DNA of 63,710 nt, filler included, from Reticulomyxa filosa (taxonomy: Eukaryota > Protista > Foraminifera): the NCBI GenBank assembly GCA_000512085.1. It is 17 parts of 17 records of this genome, joined end to end, with 100 filler letters (N's around TTAATTAATTAA, not from the genome) between each part and the next. Parts side by side here need not be neighbours in the genome. Positions count along the whole stretch, not along the records: positions 51,539 to 53,908 come from ASPP01029290.1; positions 54,009 to 56,050 come from ASPP01035502.1; positions 56,151 to 60,709 come from ASPP01025434.1; positions 60,810 to 63,710 come from ASPP01016794.1; 13 more parts are not named here. One strand, written 5' to 3'. Below are positions 53,787 to 63,710 of this stretch, in pieces. A program made the position numbers and the translations under genes. The notes under the pieces were generated by a model. The model was not told the origin of the DNA, searched no databases, and saw only the letters and a list, made by a program, of their open reading frames with translations. The number at the start of each line of letters is the position of its first letter. The stretch's first letter is position 1.

Positions 53787-53902
53787 TAGCCTCTTTCGTG
53801 CGCGTTTTGCATGTCGGTCACTCAGTGCCGATGGTTTGGCCCTGTACGGGTTCCGCCAGGGGTAATACGCGTGTTTTGGGTGCAGATGATATGGAGAGGC
53901 TA
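53787..53902. other. GC-rich multi-hairpin segment (candidate structured RNA or element terminus)
   Basis: Closing stem TAGCCTCT/AGAGGCTA, with internal hairpins TCGGTCAC-TCA-GTGCCGA and CCCTG..CGG-GTT-CCG..CAGGG. Confidence 0.35.
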
Positions 53903-54084
53903 TCCCTTNNNNNNNNNNNNNNNNNNNNNNNNNNNNNNNNNNNNNNNNNNNNTTAATTAATTAANNNNNNNNNNNNNNNNNNNNNNNNNNNNNNNNNNNN
54001 NNNNNNNNCCAAAAGAAATAAATTATTTTAATAACAAAATCTGAGAGAAAAATAAAACATAAAACAATAACCAGCAATGAACAA

Positions 54085-54400
54085 AAATGATATCTTTTGT
54101 CGAAATGACAGTTAATTAATTATTTTCTCAATTATATTGCAAATTATGTGATATAATTCAAATGAGATTATGATTGAATCGACCTGAATATGTGCATGCT
54201 TTGGGATGGAATAAATGGATATATTTATAAAGAAATAAAATATGTAACCTTTTGCTTACATAATAATAGAGAAAGGTTGTTTTGCAAGATGCCACGTGGT
54301 TGGAAAAAAAAAAATTAAGGTGATAAATTTCCCACCAAATTCACCAAATCTAAATCCAATAGAAAACCTTTGTGTGATCATTAATGCATTAAAAAAAATA
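54085..54400 (+). mobile_element. Decayed Tc1/mariner (IS630-like) transposase remnant
   Basis: About 54327-54375 reads NFPPNSPNLNPIENL, matching the WPxxSPDLNPIENLW motif that carries the DDE glutamate. Upstream MLWDGI and LQD fragments are in the expected order. Heavily deleted. Confidence 0.7.
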
Positions 54401-55044
54401 ATCTTAATAAAGTAGCATAAAGGTGTACCATTTTTTTTTTCAAACTACTTGTCTTAAAAAAAAAAGAAGCTTTTTCATAGTGTTTTCATAATAAATATGC
54501 TCAGGTTATTTAATAATAAAGAAAAAATCAAAATATGTAGGTTGCAAAAAAACTGAAAACCTGAAGTGGCATCTTGCATGAAAAACAAACATTTAAAGCT
54601 AATTTTTTTTTTCCTCTTAAAAAAAATATCTACAAGTCTTGTAATTTTTTAATAACTTATCCTGCCAAATAAAAAGACATTCAAAAGAATAACAGAACAA
54701 ATGAAAAGCAAGGTAATAATTTATACATGATTTATCCATTTGTTTATGAACATTATGATATAATCTCTTCAATTCATTTAATATATTAATATTTTTTCAT
54801 TTTAAAACTACTTCTCTTCTTTTTTATTGTCTATGTATTTACATGTGATTAAATCACACAAATAATCATTCTTTATCACTTCGTGCAATACTTCTGCAAA
54901 TGTATTGTTTTTTGTCACTCTTATTATATCATGAATAAATTTAAGTAAAGATGAAAAAGAAAACCAACGAAAACTAAAAAAAAAAAGATTGAAATAATCT
55001 TTGCAAATTGGTTTGTTTACTACCCATCAAAAAAAAAATAATGG

Positions 55045-55291
55045 CATATGGTGAACCAAGGCGGTGCACGATGAACCAATATGATGCACTGTGAACCAAA
55101 GCGGTGCATGGTGAACCAAGGCGGTGCACGATGAACCAATATGATGCACTGAACCAAAGCGGTGCATGGTGAACCAATGCGGTGCATGGTGAACCAATGC
55201 GGTGCACGATGAACCGCCTTGGTTCACTATGCACCGCATTGGTTCACCATGCACCACATTGGTTTACAGTGCATTATATTGGTTTATCGTG
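55045..55291. repeat. 20-bp minisatellite (TGAACCAAnGCGGTGCAnnn) that flips orientation near 55212
   Basis: About 8 forward units with a 60-bp higher-order period, then about 4 reverse-complement units. Confidence 0.92.
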
Positions 55292-56150
55292 GTTATTATG
55301 TGCCCATTGGCAATGCATTGCTTTGCTTTATTTTTGCTTTAATTTGTCCATTTTATTTTGTAGAATTTTTTGTTGTGAATTTTGTTTCTTTGATTCAATT
55401 GTTTATAGCTATTATCCTTTTGATAAACTTATTGGTATAAATTATGGTGACCCTTTTTTCAGAGTTAGAACAGTTTTCGGATCCAATGAGTTTGTAATGT
55501 GAATTTTGATCATTCATAAACCAAAGAATTGTTGGTTCCATGCATAAAAATTTTTGAAGAATTTATTTATTGTTAAGGGTTTCCAAACTTTGTTCAAACT
55601 TTTTTCAATTTTGCAATCACTCATTTGATCCTGTTTCAATCATATTATTGAAATGTAAGTGATTATTTTACACTCTTTTGTACCACAAAACAGTATACTA
55701 CGACACAATGTGCAGGTCTCACGGAGTACACAAGTTGTAGTATTCTAAACAAATGTGCGACATGTGGAAACTGCGTCTCCACCATTACTAGGTGTAGTTC
55801 ATGCACTCGACTAGATTGTGTCAAGTGTATTGGAAAGACACATGAAAAAAGATTTCATCACCCCAAATTCCAACATTTTTTACGCGAATGCTTTCATTCT
55901 TATGGCGCGGGCTTAATGTGGTTCCCGTTACGTCTGTAATTGTAATGGTGGGGATTGTATAAATGTTCGTAAAAAATTTCAGCTAAAAGATGTTAAATCA
56001 AGCAAAAAGCGAGGCACATATCGTTTTCGGTATCAGGTTGAAGCGTATGANNNNNNNNNNNNNNNNNNNNNNNNNNNNNNNNNNNNNNNNNNNNTTAATT
56101 AATTAANNNNNNNNNNNNNNNNNNNNNNNNNNNNNNNNNNNNNNNNNNNN

Positions 56151-56463
56151 CTCTCCTTGTTAAAGTCATGAAATGATCCTGAGATGGACCTTTCACGGTG
56201 CATGAGTTCAGCAGCCAAAGATCACATGAACTCTTTTTTCCTTCTTCCGTTACCACTTCGTAACCACTTTGTGCTAACAAACCTGCCATATACTCAGAAT
56301 CACTTGTGTTGTGGGAACATCCCCAAGTCTTCAAAAAAACTGTCTTAGGTTCTACTAGTTGTTCTCCGCCTGTTTTCAATTCTGATTTTACATTTCTTGC
56401 ATTTTCGGCTTCATTTCTTTCCTCAGTGAAATCTTCAATGTCATTTTGCGTGGGGGAAGACAT
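56151..56463 (-). CDS. CDKAL1: tRNA methylthiotransferase CDKAL1/MtaB, N-terminal fragment
   Basis: DIED near the N-terminus, [22 protein letters not shown] and [18 protein letters not shown]. Truncated at the spacer. Confidence 0.92.
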
Positions 56464-57309
56464 ATTGGCCCGATTTGAACTGAAAGCGCTATCTACGGAT
56501 CGATTAATCGAATATGTAGAATATACTACAATAATGTGCTCTCTTGAGTTTCTTGGCCAAAAAAACTGACAAAGTCACAATGATCATGTGGCAATTGTTA
56601 TCATATGTAATATCAATCCTATTTTTGCATGTCAAACACGTTTATCTATTTCAACATACAACACATCTTTAAGCAACAGTAATTTTGTTAAAATTATATA
56701 AATATTTGTGTTATTGAACAAAGTACTAAACAGATTTTTTGCAAACGGTCATCTGTAACACTTGCTTCTGTGTTTTGAAAGTTGGAACAATATATCATTT
56801 TAAAAAATTACAAAAATGTGTTTTTCATGAATAAAATTGCAAGTATTTGTAAAAATTGATTTTAGCGAATTTTAAACTAGTATTTTATTTTGTAATATTT
56901 AGTAACAAAATAAAATTTACATTTGTAATACTAATTTGTATATATTTTTTGCTTATCAATTTATGAATCATAAAAATTCTATTAAAAAATGTCAAAACAA
57001 TTTTACAAAAATTTGCAAAACTTATTGAAAGTAATTGTATGGAGAAAAGAAAAACAAAAAATTTTGATATTTGGTCGCTGCAACCATGTCCTTTTTTTTG
57101 CTGCCTTTATTTTAATGGAATATCTAGTAATAGATATAAATTGTTGGTGTTTTTTTTGTTACACTCAACGCAAAAAAAATTATTATAACATGATAGCTCA
57201 TATAACATTTGCGTTTTTATTAATAGTAAACCACATGTAATCTCAAACAAATAAGAAACGAGTTGAATCGTAAGTCTTAGAAAGCTTGAGCGGCAGTATT
57301 TGCAAATTG

Positions 57310-57851
57310 AAAGTTTTTGTCCAAATCACTGGCAAATTGCCAAGCATGAACACAGTATTCCAAATTACATTTTGATTGGAAACAGCATGTGCGAAAATGC
57401 TTTTCATTGTTGAAGGCACAACATAGTCAGTGTTATAAACATCACTAGTAGTTCATGGCTTTCCAACAACGATCATTTCCGCTGGAATTTTTACACTTTG
57501 TTTTATGAGTTTATAACCACGTATACACACAAACGCGTTATTGTCAAAAAATAAAAAAAATGCTAGCAAGAAAGGAACTTGAAGGAAAAGGCAGAACAAA
57601 ATAAAAATAAATAATATAAAAAAAACCAACTCCAAAACTTAATGTCGTTGTTGCCATTGATCATTTGATAGGCAGGAGTGTTCGCAGCCCATCCATCTGC
57701 ACTTTGGAATAACCTGTCAAAAGTGGAATAATTTGATGATCATCGATTGTAAAATTATTGTACCAATCAAATCTTTTCTGACGTTTTGTTGCAATGTCAA
57801 ATAACATCATTGTGAATACAAGCTTTTGCCACCAAAGTATAGTGCTTCCAT
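57310..57851 (-). pseudogene. Glycoside hydrolase family 18 (chitinase-like) C-terminal remnant
   Basis: Frame-hopping translation gives EALYFGG, DWYN-FYN, STFDRLFQSADGWAANT, intron, then IPAEMIVVGKP*TTSDVYNTDYV. This follows the QAPYF...DWYNIQFYNQ...KIVVGKP...NTGY pattern. Several stops and frameshifts. Confidence 0.65.
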
Positions 57852-59744
57852 TTTGTACATTTGTTATATATTAATACATATATATTTGTATTTTCTTATA
57901 ATTATGTCTTTTTTTTTCGTATTGTTTTTTTTACATGTAATTGATATTGCGACAAATAAGCAAGTAATTGTTTGTTTTTTAAAAAGTATAAACTTGAATA
58001 AGTCAAATCACTACAAGCATTGTTTGTGCAAATAACTAGTACTTCATCATCAAATCATATAAAAACTTTTCATAACACAAAGAAAAGATTAATTTTTCGA
58101 AAACTCGAATTGCCGAATATATAATATATAACATATAATATAATATACATACATGTACGTAGATAAAGTGCATATTGACTTAACTTTGCACACAATATTC
58201 TACTAACACATTATATAATTATATTATAAATTATGCATTACAAATCCCAAATCAAATTATTAAATTGCCTTTAAAAAAAATAAATTATTAGCAACTTGAA
58301 AATTTATACGTAAAAAAAGATATAAAACGAAAACACACGAAACTATTCAAACGTATAATTGGAGACAAGCACATAATTATTTGAATAAAAGTCTTGCAAT
58401 TAAATATCTTTTTCTAATTTCAATCAACTAGTTATTAGACTAAAAAACTTGATCGTTATCATAATTGGCAATAACTATCCAAATTCTTTGATATATCGGA
58501 AGGCGTAAGAACATATTTGATCTTTGATAATACAATATTTTTTCTTTCTTCAATAGTTAAAGGAACGCCACAATTTTGCTATGTTCATTGTATTTGAAAA
58601 CAAAAAAAACTTATGTCAAACAAATTTATAAGAATACGTACAAAGAAAAAAACGCTAAGTAGAGTTTGAAACAAAAATGATTAAAACATTTGAATCATAA
58701 ATTTCATAATCTAATATAAATTGTTTTATATAATTTTATGATAAAGTTTTTATACAAATTCAATCACATTTTCTTTATTCATATCTGGAATGTGCCATCC
58801 AACTGCTTTAATCTGTTCTCACTTATTTTTAAATAACAAGTGATCATTTTCACTGTATTTCCAGATTTATTTGCCATTTGTGATTGTTTGTGCTGCAAAC
58901 AAACATTTTCCTTTTTTAGGAATATCTTTCACTTGGTAGTTCACCAATACTTCTTAGAGTTTCAGTACGAGTGGTCTAAATTGAAGTGATAAAAACACAT
59001 TATAGATTTTTGGTTGTTTTTCGTAATAGTTTTATGTGTTCTTAACATGTCGTGGAGAAACTTACAAATCTTGCACAAAAATTTTAATCGACTATTATAA
59101 ATTTTGCTAAAAAAGAAATTTCGTTAATGAAAAGATTTTCTCAAAAGCTTTGTACACAATTTCAGAAGAAATTTTTTTGTTGAACATTTGCCTCTGCAAA
59201 AACTCTTAGCCTTTTTTTTCTCCAATTTCAAAAGCAACGAATTACTTTCTTGCTGAAGATGACTCTCGTATCCAGGTTTATGTTCGTATGAGCAAACATG
59301 TAGAGAACACGAAAACGACAAGCAAAGACAAAAAGATAAATTAACATTCGAGAAAAAATGGAAAAGTGAAAAAATTGAGTTTCTTTTGTATTGTATTTAC
59401 TTTTTGAATAGTTATATTGCAAGTAGTTTATGATTTAATTTATTGAAACAGTATTGAATGTCGATTTATTCATATTAAATAGCAGTCTCATTGTAATCAA
59501 ATGTAAGACGCAAGTGAAGTGTTAAAACACATTTTTCTTTCTTTTTTTTTCAATATTAGCAGATGAAAAGCCATTTGTTAGAAAAGGAAAAAAAAAAGTA
59601 CTTCATAGACACAAAAATCAATTAAAAATGACAGAACAACTTTTTACAGTCAAACGCAACACTTTGAATTTTTATTTATTTTTTTTGGAATTTGGCATCA
59701 TTTTGTTGCATTTGCAATTAAAGAATTTGGAAAAGAAAAGTGGA

Positions 59745-60615
59745 TTATTGCTTTCTTAAAACTGTCATTTGTGAATGTGGTCCTCCTTTTCCGACCATGA
59801 CTCCACCTTCCCTCACATCAATGTATGCTCCATTTACTTTGAATGACTCAAACTTGACTATGTTTGGTTTAGTGATAGCATGCACCTTAAACGAAGTATA
59901 ATCACTATCAGTGTCAACCAATTCAATCTCTTTGTTTTCATTGATCGCTAAATATTTCAGTGATTCTTCATGTCGAAGTTTTATCTTTGTTATGTTTTTT
60001 GTGTTTGCCGCAAACAAGCATATTAGACGATGTCGACTAAAAAAAAAAAAAAAAAAAGAAGAACAAACACGCACAACAACGCGGACAGAGAGATTAATAT
60101 CGGCCTTTTAACTATTTGATCGATCTTTTTAAGTTCGTCGGGTGGGGATTTTGAAAGCTTGTTTTTTTTTCGTCGCTGTCGATTACTGCATTGTTGCCAT
60201 TGTTATTTATATTTTGATTGATATTGGTGTCACTATGAGCGATGGTGATGTCACTTTTCAAGTCGCTTTTTTGAGGCTCTTTGCCTTCTGATGATTGTTG
60301 CCCTGACGTCGACATATCACCGCCAGTGGTATCTGTGTCGTAAGAAGTATTCGATATTTGTGGAATTGCGATCCAACGTGAGTTTCTGTCTTTGGTCCCT
60401 TTGTCGGAGAGCTTCCCTTGAATTACGGCGATTCCGCCATTGTGGGGATGGCGAATGACCACCACATTCTCTTTTTGAAAGTGATAAGGTTTCACAAAAT
60501 ATATGTCATCTTCGCTGACTCCATGCGCTAATATTTGAAAGTAATTTCCATTCGCATTCGCTTGTTTTTCTATCACCACTCCTTCATGAGGCTTCACTGA
60601 CACATAATGACCTTT
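59745..60615 (-). CDS. Beta-trefoil-like (fascin/FGF-like) repeat protein, C-terminal fragment
   Basis: Two exons with repeated beta-hairpin patterns: GHYVSVKPHEGV, IKLRHEESLKYLAINENKEI and VKFESFKVNGAYIDVREGGVMVGKGG. Confidence 0.45.
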
Positions 60616-60949
60616 TTTTTTTTGGATACACATTAAGGAAACATCAATGTACTATTCATTCTTTCAATGACTGACTTTGTTTGATTTAAAAGGGGGGGGG
60701 GAGGGGGAGNNNNNNNNNNNNNNNNNNNNNNNNNNNNNNNNNNNNNNNNNNNNTTAATTAATTAANNNNNNNNNNNNNNNNNNNNNNNNNNNNNNNNNNN
60801 NNNNNNNNNTTTTTTTTTTTTTTTTTTTTTTTTTTTGGGATGTATTGAATTGACGATAAAAATAAAAATAAAAAAAATTGGAAATTTCGAAAGAAAATTC
60901 CTATCCTTTAATTGACGGGGTGATGGTTGTCTGCTTTGGGTACGGGTAG

Positions 60950-63629
60950 ATTGAGCGACCAACAATGGCTGCATCAACCTGAAGACATTCGATTGCGAAG
61001 ATCCGCAATCGAAATGATGGTCGCGATTATTCGATCGATGCTCGAGTGGGTCTTAAAAGCCAAAAAGAAGTCGAATCATTTGTTAACACCTTCGCCTCCA
61101 ACATTGACTCGTTTAATTTTGTTCATTTATTTATTTTTTGAATAACCCTTGACAAAGAATGCGTTTGATGTTGGTCGTAGTGAAAAAGGGATCCGATGAA
61201 AGCAAGGAAGAAGCAATATCGGAGCGGGTGACCAATAAATTTTCGAAAAAATATGAAGACAAAAAGAAGCTTCAGCAGCATTTGCATAACGCAGCTGCCA
61301 AATTTAATATTGAACCAAAGGAGGTAATAATAACTTTTGCACTCACAACAACAAACAAACAAACAAACAAAATGTTATTACCAATTTTTTTTGACGACTA
61401 ACAAATAGGGACTGAAATACATGTATGAAAATGGATTGATGGAAGAAAAAGTTGAAGACGTAGTCAAGTTTTTGAAAGAGGTGCCGTCACTAAATAAAAC
61501 ACAGCTTGGTGAATATTTGGGGAATGAGAAACCATTTGCAATCCAAGTTAGACTTTTTGTGTGATCATTGCAACAGATAAACATATGAAAAAAAAAAAAA
61601 AAAAAATTGATTTATTTTGTTTTTGCACAACAATGACGAAAATGACATCCAAGGTAATGCATCAATATATCGATTCAATTGATTTCGAGGGGTTAGAATT
61701 AGACGACGCAGTTCGAAAACTCTGCACGCATTTCAAACTGCCAGGAGAAGGCCAGAAAATTGATCGCATAATGCAAAAGTTTGCGGAGCGCTATTGTCTG
61801 CAAAACGAGGAGGCGTTTCGACAAGCGGATGACGCGTACATATTGGCCTACAGCATCATCATGTTGAATGTGAACTTGTACAATCCCAATGTCAAAACGC
61901 GCATGTCCAAAGAGCAGTTTGTCAAAAATACGATGCTGGCAGTCACCGATGACTCCTTAGCCAATCGAATTGACCTCATCTTTGATCGAATTGCCGCCAA
62001 TGAAATCCTGTTAGATGATACCAATAGCAACATCGGTGCGATCAGCAAAGCTGGATCCTCTTCCACACTTCCCAGAGGCGGGTATGCATTTTCCAATGCC
62101 TTTTCGTTTTTAAATGGCATTTATAATCAGCACTATTACCAACCCGGACAAGATTATTTGCAACAGCGAAAAAAGATCATGGCACGAGTGCACGACGAAG
62201 TGTCCAATGTCAACAGCACGGTCAAGCACAAAAAAAGTCGAAAAGAAAATATGTTCTATGAACCTCAACCAGTTTTGTTCGCACTCATATCAGATTCGGA
62301 TTTCTATTTGCATTTTCCTTTTAATAAATTTTTTGATATTATATATATATACATATATATATGTTTATATATATGTACATATATACGTATATATCAAATA
62401 AATGAATCAAATTAATTCAATTAATTAATAGGAAGACGCTGAAGCGCTTCAACCAATGTTCAGTATTTGTTGGCTGGCTTCGTTGGCGACATTTAGTGTA
62501 TTGCTCGAGGATCCGCAAGCAGACGTATTGAATCAAGTGCATTCACTGGGCCCCGCTCGCAATAAAGAAATGCAATCGACAAAAGTGCTGTCCGAACAGT
62601 TAGTCGGTCTGTGTTTGAATGGCTATCGCTATGGCATTAAATTGGCTTCGCAGCTGTCCATGGACGTTGAGGCCGAATCTTACGTCAATTCCTTGGCCGG
62701 GTTCACTTTGTTGGGAACGGACAAGTCCATGGAGCAAAAAACATTGAGGCCATTAAAACATTGATTCAAATTGCAGAGTTTTTTTTTTTTTAATGCATTT
62801 TTATTTATTTATTTTAAAAGTAAGAATAAATAAAAGGAGACAAAAAAAAAAAAAAAAAAGTGAGGAAGGTAACACATTACGACGCTCTTGGTTCCAAATA
62901 TTGAAATGTGTGTCCGAAATTGACGTATTGCACTTGGTAAAGTCCCAAGAGGTGGTGGACGCAGCGCACTTCATGAGCGAGCAGGAGCGAGCTCAAATTA
63001 GCAGTGCCCACACGAGCGGATCCAATGTGTCGAAAAATTACAAGACGAAACTAATCCAAGAGCACACCAAGTTCACTCGCGAAGGGGTGCTACGTTTCTC
63101 AGGGGAATACGCAAATGCGGCGATGGTGGCCTCGCAAATCCCGGCATCGACGGTGGATAAGATTTTTGCAGACAGCATAAAATTGGACAGCGAATCGATT
63201 GTACATTTCTGCATTGCGTTGGCTGCAGTGAGTGCGGTGGAGCTGGACAATCCATTGAATCCACGTGTGTTTTCGCTGCGCAAAATCGTCGAAGTGGCGC
63301 ATGACAATATCAACAACCGCATTCCATTGATATGGCAGCGCATTTGGAATGTGTTGGCACCACACTTTGTGAAGGCAGGGCTGCATCGCAATGTCAACAT
63401 TGGAGAATATAGTATCAACAGCTTACGACAATTGGCAGGGCTATTTTTTGAGAAAGAAGAGTTGGCCAATTTCCAATTCCAATCCAAGTTTTTGGTCCCT
63501 TTTTACCAAATTATGGAACAATCCAAAATTCTACAGATCAGATCACTCATCGTTGAATGTATTTTCAGTATTGTTAAAACCAAGTTTACCAACGTCAAAT
63601 CGGGATGGAAAACAGTGTTTTCAGTTTGA
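60950..63629 (+). CDS. Large Sec7-domain ArfGEF (BIG1/BIG2-type), internal fragment, multi-exon
   Basis: Sec7 KFNIEPKE/G...LNKTQLGEYLG...FKLPGEGQKIDRIMQKFAERY...AYILAYSIIMLN. HDS region RVFSLRKIVEVAHDN...SLRQLAGLFFEKEELANFQFQ...NVKSGWKTVF. Confidence 0.93.
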
Positions 63630-63672
63630 ATTTTTTTTTTTGTTTTTGTGCAAAATGTTCATTCAAAGTTTC

Positions 63673-63710
<38 letters not shown>

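Noticed and set aside
55045-55291. CRISPR-like array
   Set aside because: Units are contiguous with no unique spacers, there are no cas genes, and the context is eukaryotic.

Overview
This is not one locus. It is about 17 short, AT-rich, intron-containing eukaryotic contigs joined by artificial 100-bp spacers (N44-TTAATTAATTAA-N44), so adjacency across spacers means nothing. Gene content, poly-T/poly-A introns and many decayed pseudogenes suggest a foraminiferan/rhizarian genome such as Reticulomyxa (inference). Recognisable genes or fragments: exportin-4, an FGD-like DH-PH-FYVE RhoGEF, GAPDH, a roughly 630-aa mitochondrial ATP synthase OSCP homologue, a CaMK-like kinase, a RECQL4-like helicase, a CAP-Gly protein, a USP deubiquitinase, CDKAL1, a BIG-type Sec7 ArfGEF and a REJ-like protein. 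Decayed remnants include dynein heavy chain, FN3-TLDc, GH18, TPR and a Tc1 transposase. The most notable feature is a nearly intronless NLR-like STAND gene (minus strand, 34470-39983) with the architecture UBA/CUE-like, Cys4 domain, RelA/SpoT-like nucleotidyltransferase, NACHT, pentapeptide repeats and 14 WD40 repeats. It is a candidate receptor-gated alarmone/nucleotide-signal synthetase in a protist. All domain calls come from reading motifs by eye; no searches were run.
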